Position numbers and translations under genes: made by a program
Assembly (NCBI GenBank): GCA_964019335.1
Contig: OZ025729.1
Location: 186,001-250,000, forward strand
From: Diplonema japonicum
Taxonomy: Eukaryota > Protista > Euglenozoa: Diplonemea
Direction: 5' to 3'
Length of the DNA: 64,000 nt
Part shown: positions 22,339 to 32,600 of the stretch, in pieces
Layout of the letters: every line of letters begins with the position of its first letter
Position numbering within the stretch: position 1 is the first letter of the stretch
Notes under the pieces: generated by a model
Seen by the model: the letters and a program-made list of their open reading frames with translations, nothing else
Database searches by the model: none
Told to the model about the DNA's origin: nothing

Positions 22339-22879
22339 AGAGTAGGGAACTACTGGTTAAAGTAGGTTAGTCAGAATGTTATAGTTTTTTTTTATTTTTT
22401 TATTTTCTGCGCTGTTGCGTGCCACTTCGTTCCTATCATAGTGGATTTTATTAGTGGATCTTATTGGAGACGGGATGTGTAACTGGGTGACGGGTGAGGC
22501 AATATAACACTACCAAAGCAGAAAAAGGACAAACATCTCAAAACTGGTAATATTATTCGCATCTCCTTGCCGTAACGAAAGATGCACACCATGTCACTCC
22601 TAATGTATTGAAGTATTCTCTATTTTTCTTTTTCTTTTTTGTTTAAAAAGGCCTTCTTGCTGGCCTGTTTTTTATTTTTTTTTTCTTCCCCCCGAGTTGT
22701 ACTTTTTTTCCCCTATTTCTTTCTTTTTTTTTTTTTGCCCAAGTTGTATCCATTGTGAGATTTTTTTTTTTTTTTTTTAAACTCTTTCACACACGCGTGC
22801 TGTATTCTGATGCCTTTGCGCTTTTCTACCTCAGATGCAATTCGCTTTTTTTTTCTTTTTTTTAAATGTGTAGTGAAGA

Positions 22880-22917
<38 letters not shown>

Positions 22918-23708
22918 GGATTTTCTCCCCTTCTTGGGCATATTATAAACAGACAACCTCAGCGAATCTGAAGAAAAGTATTTTTAATTAGTACGAAGAA
23001 GATGATTTTTTAATGTAGGAGTGTGCCAACACATTGGGATTGCCATATTCTTTTTTTGCTTTAAAGGAAGGAATGTCCACAGGTAAGGCAGCCCATAACT
23101 TAATAAAGATGTTAAATCTTTTTTTTTTTCTCTTGAGAATGATGTCGCCCACTGGAAGCTTTTTTATTTATTTTTTTCATTTCATTTTTTTTTTTAATTC
23201 TTCTTTTTTGCGATCATATAGTTACAATATAACAGACCAGTGCGAAGAAAAAAAGCGTACTTGGTCTGACCTTAGAAACCTTACTGTTGTTGCTGGACTG
23301 CCGGCAGTGTGGATCTACTTGTTATTTTTGTAAATATCAAAGAATAGTATTAAAAAAAAAAAGAAAAAAAATAATTCAGGCGTGTGCTTCACATTATTAA
23401 TACTATAGCGCAAACAGGTGCAGCTTGCCTTTTCTTTCCACTCTCCTTTTTTTTCTCCTCCGGGCACACATACTCTTCTAGCTATCTATATTCTACAGCA
23501 CGTTACTCTTTTCACCAATTTCCATCTTTTCTTCGTACTCATTCTTAATCTCGACTCCCTTTTCGCTTGTCTCGCCAGCTTTACCTTTCTCTCTCTTTCA
23601 TTTCTTCCCTCCCGCCAAACCTTTGTTTCTCTTCCTTCTATAGCCCTGCACCTATCTCACCTCACATTACAGATTCACATACTCAACAACAACAAGAAGC
23701 GAGAAACC

Positions 23709-26700
23709 ATGATACACCGCATGCTGCTGCTGGTAGCCTGTGCAGGAGCTGTGTCAGCTATCTGCCCGACGGAGGGGCCTTCCTTTGACCGGGTTGCTGG
23801 GACACCGTATGCCTGCTCTTCGTCTACGACAAGCGATGTGCACCTTTACTGGACGGTGGAGGGGGGGTCCGTTCACATGGCTCTCGCTGTTCAGGATGTG
23901 TCTGGGTGGGTGTCTCTGAGCTTCCCCACGACACGGGGGACGATGGTCCCTGCGGAGGCGGTGTCCGGATACGGGACGATGGTCGGGAGGCAGCGGGTGA
24001 CGGCTCGGAACCCATCCGGTGTGGCGGCGGACAACACCGTTCTCACCGACGTCAGCAACATGGAGATCTCGACCCTCACCATCGGGGGGTCCTCCTACCG
24101 TGTTCTTCGCTTCACGAGGACTGTCGCAAGCATCCCCTCCGCCACCCTCTCCGTGAACTACGCCTACCACTCCACCTCCAACACCTTCCCTGCTGACAGG
24201 CACACCACTCGCGGCGGCTGGAAGGCCGACCTCCCTCTCGACATCCCTTGCACTCCTTCCTCGAACCCTGACTTTCAGTGCCAGATGTCTGTTGACTCGA
24301 GGGCGATGCTTCACTGGGCGGCCCTCTCCAACGGTACTGTGGATGCACAGCTTGTCGTGTCTCAGAACACTGCTGGGTGGGCGGCTGTTGGTTTCCCTTC
24401 GACTGGCTTCAACATGATTGGATCAAAGGCTCTTGTCTCTGATGGGATGGTGTACGACTTGAACGGGAAGAACCCTTCTCTTGTTGTTCCTGCCACTGAC
24501 ATGGGTGCTTTTGACTCCACCTACACAACAGTGATGTCTGGTGACCAAGTTCTTCGCTTCACCACTGTTGTTACCCCTGGATCTGAGATGAACCTTGTTG
24601 TGGCCTACCACACCACTTCTTCTGGTTTCCCTGTTGCAAGGCACGAGGAACGATTCGGTGTTGAAGTTCTCATCACATCTACTCCAACTCCTACTCCTCC
24701 ACCTGCTGTTGTCACTCCACCATCGTGCACTCCTTCCTCGAACCCTGACTTCCAGTGCCAAATGTCTGTTGACTCGAGGGCGATGCTTCACTGGGCGGCC
24801 CTCTCGAACGGTACTGTGGATGCACAGCTTGTCGTGTCTCAGAACACTGCTGGGTGGGCGGCTGTTGGTTTCCCTTCGACTGGCTTCAACATGATTGGAT
24901 CAAAGGCTCTTGTCTCTGATGGGATGGTGTACGATTTGAACGGGAAGAACCCTTCTCTTGTTGTTCCTGCCACTGACATGGGTTCCTTCGACTCCACCTA
25001 CACAACAGTGATGTCTGGTGACCAAGTTCTTCGCTTCACCACTGCTGTTACCCCTGGATCTGAGATGAACCTTGTTGTGGCCTACCACACCACTTCTTCT
25101 GGTTTCCCTGTTGCAAGGCACGAGGAACGATTCGGTGTTGAGGTTCTCATCACATCTACTCCAACTCCAACTCCTCCACCTGCTGTTGTCACTCCACCAT
25201 CGTGCACTCCTTCCTCGAACCCTGATTTCCAGTGCCAGATGTCTGTTGACTCGAGGGCGATGCTTCACTGGGCGGCCCTCTCCAATGGCACTGTGGATGC
25301 ACAGCTTGTCGTGTCTCAGAACACTGCTGGGTGGGCGGCTGTTGGTTTCCCTTCGACTGGCTTCAACATGATCGGCTCGAAGGCTCTTGTCTCTGATGGG
25401 ATGGTGTACGACTTGAACGGGAAGAACCCCTCTCTTGTTGTTCCTGCCACTGACATGGGTTCCTTTGACTCCACCTACACAACAGTGATGTCTGGTGACC
25501 AAGTTCTTCGCTTCACCACTGTCGTTACCTCTGGATCTGAGATGAACCTTGTTGTGGCCTACCACACTACTTCTTCTGGTTTCCCTGTTGCAAGGCACGA
25601 GGAACGATTCGGTGTTGAAGTTCTCATCACATCTACTCCCATGCCAACTCCTCCACCTGCTGTTGTCACTCCACCATCGTGCACTCCTTCCTCGAACCCT
25701 GACTTCCAGTGCCAGATGGCTGTTGACTCGAGGGCGATGCTTCACTGGGCGGCCCTCTCCAACGGCACTGTGGATGCACAGCTTGTCGTGTCTCAGAACA
25801 CTGCTGGGTGGGCAGCTGTTGGTTTCCCTTCGACTGGCTTCAACATGATCGGTTCAAAGGCTCTTGTCTCTGATGGGATGGTGTACGATTTGAACGGGAA
25901 GAATCCCTCTCTCGTTGTTCCTGCCACTGACATGGGTTCCTTCGACTCCACCTACACAACAGTGGTGTCTGGTAATCAGGTTCTTCGCTTCACCACTGTT
26001 GTTACCCCTGGATCTGAGATGAACCTTGTTGTGGCCTACCACACCACTTCTTCTGGTTTCCCTGTTGCAAGGCACGAGGAACGATTCGGTGTTGAAGTTC
26101 TCATCACATCTACTCCCATGCCAACTCCTCCACCTGTTGTTGTTACTCCACCTTCATGCACTCCTTCCTCGAACCCTGACTTCCAGTGCCAGATGGCTGT
26201 TGACTCGAGGGCGATGCTTCACTGGGCGGCCCTCTCCAACGGTACTGTGGATGCACAGCTTGTCGTGTCTCAGAACACTGCTGGGTGGGCGGCTGTTGGT
26301 TTCCCTTCGACTGGCTTCAACATGATTGGATCAAAGGCTCTTGTCTCTGATGGGATGGTGTACGACTTGAACGGGAAGAACCCTTCTCTTGTTGTTCCTG
26401 CCACTGACATGGGTGCTTTTGACTCTACATCCAGCACAGTGGTGTCTGGTGACCAAGTTCTTCGCTTCTCGACAAATGACGGTGGGAACTCGATGCTGAA
26501 CCTTGTTGTGGCCTACCACACTACGTCTTCTGGTTTCCCTGTTGCGAGGCACGAGGAACGCTTCGGTGTTCCGATTCCCTTGACAGCAGTTCCGAGCGTA
26601 CCGGTCCCTACACAAGCGACACCCGATCCGTCTGGGTGCGCCACGCCCTCTCCGCTTCCCGACTTCCAGTGCATGATGGTGATCGACGCGAAGGCAACGC

Positions 26701-28247
26701 TTCACTGGACAGTGGCGAACGACATCTTCGATGCGCAGGTGGTTGTCTCCTCGAACACTGCTGGGTGGGCGGCTGTGGGGCTTCCGTCTAATGGACTGCA
26801 GATGATCGGCTCGAAGGCCCTCGTCTCTGATGGGATGGTGTACGACCTGAACGGGAAGAGCGCCGCTCTTGTTGTTCGTGCGACGGACATGGGCTCATTT
26901 GCGACTACCTCTGCGACGGTGGTGTCTGGTGACCAGGTCCTCCGCTTCTCGACGAGCCTCGTGGGGCAATCGTCTGCTGAGGTGAGGCTTGTGGTGGCGT
27001 ACCACAGGACGTCGACGGCGTTCCCTGTCTACCACGATGCTCGCTTTGGTGTGAGGGTCCCGACGGGCAGGGCTGTGACACCACCTGCGACCCCTGTCCC
27101 TTCAGCGGCTCCCAGGAACAACAACACCCCTGTCCCGACTGGCTGCACCCCCTCGACACGGGCGGGCTACCAGTGCCAGCAGGTTGTGGATGCGAAGGCA
27201 GCACTCCACTGGAACCCCCTTGCGAACGGAACGGTGGACGCGATCCTCGTGGTGTCTGGGAACTCAGCCGGGTGGTCGGCGGTGGGGCTCCCTTCTTCAG
27301 GAACGAGCATGGTCGGGGCGAAGGCCCTCGTGTCGGACGGGAAGGTGTACGACCTGAACGGGAGGTCTGCTGGGGCTGTGGTGGCGACAACAGACAACGG
27401 GGCTTTCAACGGGGCGGTGGGGACAGCAGCCTCCTCCTCCTTCCGCATGGCCGAGGTGGCACAGGTTTCAGGAGAACAGCTGCTCCGCTTCTCAACTGAC
27501 GTCGGGGCCACGGGGAGCCTGAACCTCATCGTGTCCTACCACGGGACGTCGGCGGCCTTCCCTGTGAACAAGCACGATGAACGCTACGGGCTTGTGGTGG
27601 CGACGAACGGGGGAGCACAGGTCACCACCTTCGACGACAACACGGAGAAGGCGAAGACGCACGGCGGGGTGATGGTGACCGTGTGGGCGTACGTGGTCCC
27701 CTGTGCCATCCTGTTGAAGAGGTTCGGGACGGAACCTCTGGGGATGGTCGGGCAGTACCCTGTCGCCTTCATCATGCACGGGGTGATGATGTTGGGGAGC
27801 GCCATCACCACCACCATCTTCTTCGGGGTGGCCTTAAGCGAGTTCGATGGGAATGCCGGGCACGGACACAAGGACCTGGGGATCGCCCTCATCGTGGTCA
27901 TCTGGGTACAGGTGGTTCTTGGGATCGTGGCCCCTCCGAAGGACTCCGCACTTAGGTTCCCCTTCAAGGTCTCGCACACCCTCCTCGGTGTTGGCTCCTT
28001 CGGGATGTCCATCGGGCAGATGGTGACTGGGCTACGCAACATGGAAGACCTCTACACCGACACCATCAGGGACAACCTCTTGATCGCGATGATCGTGGGG
28101 CTGGTCTTCTTCGCAGTGGCCTTCCTTGTTCTCACTGTGGTGATGGTTGTACTGGCTGACCCTGAGGCTGCGGAGGAGGAGACGAAGAACAACCAAGAGG
28201 AGGGAGAAACAGGTGCCCAAAGCAATGAGAACAGCCCTTATGAGTAG
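23709..28247 (+). CDS. Multi-DOMON (8 domains) cytochrome b561 membrane protein, copy 4, 1512 aa
   Basis: True ATG at 23709 (the ORF-track extension from 23418 is polypyrimidine spacer); 5 repeat units. Confidence 0.9.
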   Translation: MIHRMLLLVACAGAVSAICPTEGPSFDRVAGTPYACSSSTTSDVHLYWTVEGGSVHMALAVQDVSGWVSLSFPTTRGTMVPAEAVSGYGTMVGRQRVTARNPSGVAADNTVLTDVSNMEISTLTIGGSSYRVLRFTRTVASIPSATLSVNYAYHSTSNTFPADRHTTRGGWKADLPLDIPCTPSSNPDFQCQMSVDSRAMLHWAALSNGTVDAQLVVSQNTAGWAAVGFPSTGFNMIGSKALVSDGMVYDLNGKNPSLVVPATDMGAFDSTYTTVMSGDQVLRFTTVVTPGSEMNLVVAYHTTSSGFPVARHEERFGVEVLITSTPTPTPPPAVVTPPSCTPSSNPDFQCQMSVDSRAMLHWAALSNGTVDAQLVVSQNTAGWAAVGFPSTGFNMIGSKALVSDGMVYDLNGKNPSLVVPATDMGSFDSTYTTVMSGDQVLRFTTAVTPGSEMNLVVAYHTTSSGFPVARHEERFGVEVLITSTPTPTPPPAVVTPPSCTPSSNPDFQCQMSVDSRAMLHWAALSNGTVDAQLVVSQNTAGWAAVGFPSTGFNMIGSKALVSDGMVYDLNGKNPSLVVPATDMGSFDSTYTTVMSGDQVLRFTTVVTSGSEMNLVVAYHTTSSGFPVARHEERFGVEVLITSTPMPTPPPAVVTPPSCTPSSNPDFQCQMAVDSRAMLHWAALSNGTVDAQLVVSQNTAGWAAVGFPSTGFNMIGSKALVSDGMVYDLNGKNPSLVVPATDMGSFDSTYTTVVSGNQVLRFTTVVTPGSEMNLVVAYHTTSSGFPVARHEERFGVEVLITSTPMPTPPPVVVTPPSCTPSSNPDFQCQMAVDSRAMLHWAALSNGTVDAQLVVSQNTAGWAAVGFPSTGFNMIGSKALVSDGMVYDLNGKNPSLVVPATDMGAFDSTSSTVVSGDQVLRFSTNDGGNSMLNLVVAYHTTSSGFPVARHEERFGVPIPLTAVPSVPVPTQATPDPSGCATPSPLPDFQCMMVIDAKATLHWTVANDIFDAQVVVSSNTAGWAAVGLPSNGLQMIGSKALVSDGMVYDLNGKSAALVVRATDMGSFATTSATVVSGDQVLRFSTSLVGQSSAEVRLVVAYHRTSTAFPVYHDARFGVRVPTGRAVTPPATPVPSAAPRNNNTPVPTGCTPSTRAGYQCQQVVDAKAALHWNPLANGTVDAILVVSGNSAGWSAVGLPSSGTSMVGAKALVSDGKVYDLNGRSAGAVVATTDNGAFNGAVGTAASSSFRMAEVAQVSGEQLLRFSTDVGATGSLNLIVSYHGTSAAFPVNKHDERYGLVVATNGGAQVTTFDDNTEKAKTHGGVMVTVWAYVVPCAILLKRFGTEPLGMVGQYPVAFIMHGVMMLGSAITTTIFFGVALSEFDGNAGHGHKDLGIALIVVIWVQVVLGIVAPPKDSALRFPFKVSHTLLGVGSFGMSIGQMVTGLRNMEDLYTDTIRDNLLIAMIVGLVFFAVAFLVLTVVMVVLADPEAAEEETKNNQEEGETGAQSNENSPYE
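24249..26633 (+). repeat. Intragenic tandem repeat, 477-bp unit x5
   Basis: Units start at 24249, 24726, 25203, 25680 and 26157. Confidence 0.95.
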
Positions 28248-29650
28248 ATAAAAAGCGGGCATCTAGCAGCTTCGCTTGTGCGTTTGACTTGGAAAATAAA
28301 ACGTCACTTCCCTCTCATTTTATTTTTTTCAATTTCAATTTTCTTCAGTTTTATATATTCTCTTATATTTTCTACTAAGTATTTAAACTTTTTGCCTGAT
28401 ATGTACCTCTACTCACTGCAGAGACTTCCTTTTAGAAAGAGGTGAAAGTTGGTAACAAGCTGTCACCGCGCAAAATTTCTTTGGAAGGACATAGGTTGTT
28501 TGAGTTAGGTAAATATTATGAGGGGAAAAAAAAAAAAAAAAAAAAAAGAAACAAAAAAAGAAAATGACAAAGAGTATTTAACAAAAAGAAACTAAAACAT
28601 ATAGTTGTAGGCTGGTTATTTCAGATACGCAAACAAGCTTTTTTATTTACTGAAGAATTTTTTTTTTTCTTTTTTTATATTTTTTTTTTTTCTATAGCCT
28701 ATGGTTTGGTTAAGGCTCTCTCCGCCGCTGGTGGGGAGGGGTGATATTAACGTAATGAAAGCATTTTCAGGACTGAGGCAGATAAATTTTTTTATTTATT
28801 TTAAAGAAAGAGGGGGGCATCCCCGAATAATTTTCCATCCATTTATTATAATAAAGGAATTTTTAGGGGGAAGAACCCTTTTTACATTTTTATTTTTATT
28901 TTTTTGTTCTTCACACTGGTAGAATTGAAGTCTACCTCACTCCGGAAACATCACAGAAGAAAAGATGAGGGGGAGAGACAAACTCTAGAGCGAGCAAAAT
29001 GTACCTTTTCTCTCTCTCTTTTTTTTCCCTCGTCTTCTAGCGACCCATGTTCATTCATTTCTATTCTACCAACACTTCGGCCGTCTTGCAGAAGAAAATC
29101 AAAAAGATTTTATCTTTTTCTCGACGCCCGTTGTTGTTTTCTTTTCTTTTGGTAAGCGATTCATATATTTCATTGTCAAAAAGAAAAAGAAAAAAAGAAA
29201 ATACGAACATGTGGGAAATGGGGGGGGGGGAATGATGTAGTTTTTCTTGTCTCTTTTTTTTTTGTCTTCTCCCTTCTCCTTTTTTCATTTTTCTCCCTTT
29301 CCAATTTGTTCCTTTTCTCCGTTAGGAAAAAAAAGCAGGAGGAAAAAAAAAAAAAAAAAAAAAAGAGTAGTGGGTGGAGCATTTCTGGGTTTAATCCTAG
29401 TAGGACGAAACCCAGTCTGTCGCAACAGAACATATCATCCCAACTATTTCTCTTTTTTCTCTTTTTTTTTTTTCTTTTTATTTTCCTGATACTCCCATTC
29501 TTTCTCCATTTCCCTTTTTTCCCCCCCTTCTTCTATTTCTTATTATACTCAGATTCACGTATACTCACAGTTTCACAGGTTTACAAAAAAAAGGGGGACG
29601 AGAAGAAAAGAAAAACAATAGCAAGCTCAACGAGCACGGAACCCGTGACG

Positions 29651-32600
29651 ATGCCTCGCACGGAAGGAGTGAAGGTGGGGGAGTACAGGAAGCCGAACCT
29701 GCTGTCTGCGGTGCTGTTCGTGATGGTGAAGAACTACCGTCTGAAGCTGAAGGAGTGGAAGTCCACGATGCTGGAGGTGCTGCTCCCGACGCTGTTCCTG
29801 ACGATGCTTGTGCCGGCGTACGTGGCGGCGGGGTCGGTGCGGTGGGACAACCGGTCCTTCCTGGACAACCACCTGGACGTGGACGAGTACTTCAACCCAT
29901 GGATGTGCCGGCTGCGGGGGGCGACGGAGCCCGAGGGGTACGCAGAGTGCGTGGACCGACCGAAGCCGTGGCACTGCCTGGGGAACCTGTGTCTGAACTC
30001 GACGGTACCGGACAAGGACACGGAGGAGCTGGAGGTGCTTCTGGGCCGGTGGTTCTACGTGGTGAACTCGACGACGGTGCCGAGCTTCGACACGATCGCG
30101 CTGTGGCGCCACTTCGCGCAGACGGTGGACATTCCCGGGTGGGACAGCTGGGACGACAACATGGCTGTGGCGCTGGGGACGGGGGCAAACGTGAGCATCG
30201 TGGCAGAGCACCCTTCTCTGCAAGGGGTGGCGGACCGGCTGGACGCTTGGCTCCTGAACAGCACCTACACCTACCAGTTCACGCGGAAGGAGTTCAAGAC
30301 GGAGAAGGAAGCGACGGACTACGCGAAGTCGGAGGGGTCATCGAAGATTTGGGCGCTGATCGTGGTGCGGGGGCCGACCGACTTCACGATTCGAATGAAC
30401 CGGACGGCGACCCCTGACACGGGGACGGACGAGGCGTTGGAGAAGGGGCTCGACAAGCAGTTCCGGCAGTACCTCGGGGGCGGGTTCCTCACCCTGCAGA
30501 CCCTCATCAACGCGAACTTGACGGGGACGGACGACAGCTCGGCGGCGGTGGTCCCGATGCCGATCCAGGGCTTCAAGCAGAACAGCTTCCTGGAGGAGGC
30601 AGGAGGCTTCCTCCCGATCATCCTGACCCTCGCCTTTCTCTTCCCCATGTCGCAGGTGGTGTCGTCGATCGTGCGCGAGAAGGAGGCGCGGATCCGGGAG
30701 GCGATGCTCATCATGGGCCTCTCGTCCTCCGCCTTCAAGCTCTCCTGGCTCCTCACTACCGTGTTGCAGATGTCGGTCACGGGGATCCTCCTCACCATCG
30801 TGGTGAAGGCCTCCTACCTGAACGAGACCATCTATGGGATCATCTTCATGCTGTTCTGGAGCTACTGCGTCTCCCTGGCGGCTGCGGGGATCCTCCTCTC
30901 CGTGTTGTTCTCGAAGGCCTCCCTTGCGAGCCTGATGAGTCCGATGCTGTACCTTCTCAGCGCGATCCCCTCCTTCATCCTGACGAACCCCTCACTCACC
31001 ACGAAGACAGGGCTGTCCCTCTTCAGCACCTACGCCTTCTCCCAGTCTGTGGGGCTGGTGTTCAGGGCTGCTGGGAAGGGAGACCCCATGACGTGGGACA
31101 GTGCGGGGGACGGGAGCTACTCCTTCAACAGGGGCCTCCTCTTCATGTGGATCGATACCTTCCTGTACCTGGTCCTTGCCGCCTGGCTGGATCAGGTGGT
31201 CCCCAGCGAGTGGGGGGCGAAGAAACCCTTCTTCTACTACTGCTGGCCCCCTCTTTGGTTCCACTCTGCTTCGGAAACGGCGAACTTCAAGGGCCTCGGG
31301 ACGGACGGGATGTTGGACCGCACCAACATGGAGACGATCACGGACAGGGAGCTCCTCGCAAAGGAACGGGTGAGGGTGACGAACATCCGGAAGGAGTTTG
31401 GGGACCTTGTGAAGTTCGGGAAGGCGGACAAGGTGGCGGTGAACAACGTGAACCTGTCGCTGTACGAGGGGCAGATCCTTGCCCTGCTGGGGCACAACGG
31501 GGCGGGGAAGACGACCCTCATCAACATGCTGACGGGGATGCTGCCTGTGACCTCAGGGGACGCGGCTGTCTACGGGAACTCAGTGTGCCACGAGATGGAG
31601 GCGGTCCGGAGGGACATCGGGCTGTGCCCGCAGCACAACATTTTGTGGGACAACATAACCTGTGCGGAGCACCTGCGCTTCTACGGGCGCGTGAAGGGGA
31701 TCCCGTCTGACGAGCTGGAGGACCAGGTGGACGACATCCTGCACAAGGTGGAGCTCTTCGACAAGAAGGAGACCAACTCGGCTGCGCTGTCCGGCGGGAT
31801 GAAGCGGAAGCTCAGTGTGGGGATCTCTCTGATCGGGGGTTCCCGGTTCATCATCTTGGACGAGCCGACGGCGGGGATGGACGTGCAGGCGAGGCGGGCA
31901 ATCTGGGACCTCTTGAAAAGCGTGCGGGATGGGCGCACCATCCTGCTGACGACACACTTCATGGACGAGGCGGACCTGCTCGGGGACTCGATCGCGATCT
32001 TGCACGACGGCCGCGTGCACTGCCACGGGTCGTCCTTCTTCTTGAAGCAGAAGCTTGGGGTCGGCTACAACCTTACAATGGAGCTGGGACCCAGCGGCGA
32101 CGTCGATGCCATCACGAACACCATCAAAAGCGAGATCGAACCGCTGAACGAAGCAAGAAACATGCAGCAGGTCGAGCTTCTGTCTGCTGCTGGGTCGGAG
32201 CTTGCGTTCAGGGTCCCGATGTGGGGTCTTCCCAACTTCTCGCGCATGTTCGAACAGCTGGAGCAGAAGGGGAGTGAGCTGGGGATCAATTCGTTCGGGA
32301 TGAGCGTGACCACCTTGGAGGAGATCTTCATCAAGATCGCCCACGACAACGAGCACCATAGCTCCCTCGCAGACGCTGAAAATGAGAGAAAGGGACATGA
32401 GCACGAACATGTTCTGCGCACCCTGGACATCAGCCCTGAGGAAAAGATGCATGGCTCGGAGTTGATGTCGTCTCAGTGGCGCGGGCTGTTCTTCAAGAGG
32501 TTCCAGTACAGCAAGCGGGACAAGTGCACGATTTGCTTCCAGCTGATCCTCCCTGTGGTGGTGGTGGCTTACACGCTTGGCCTGTTGCGTCTCAACGTGA

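Noticed and set aside
29306-29650. N-terminal ORF extensions (also 639-689, 23418-23708, 35532-35981, 55831-55878)
   Set aside because: They start at non-ATG codons and mostly translate poly(A)/poly(T) spacer; paralogue comparison or signal peptides identify the downstream ATG.
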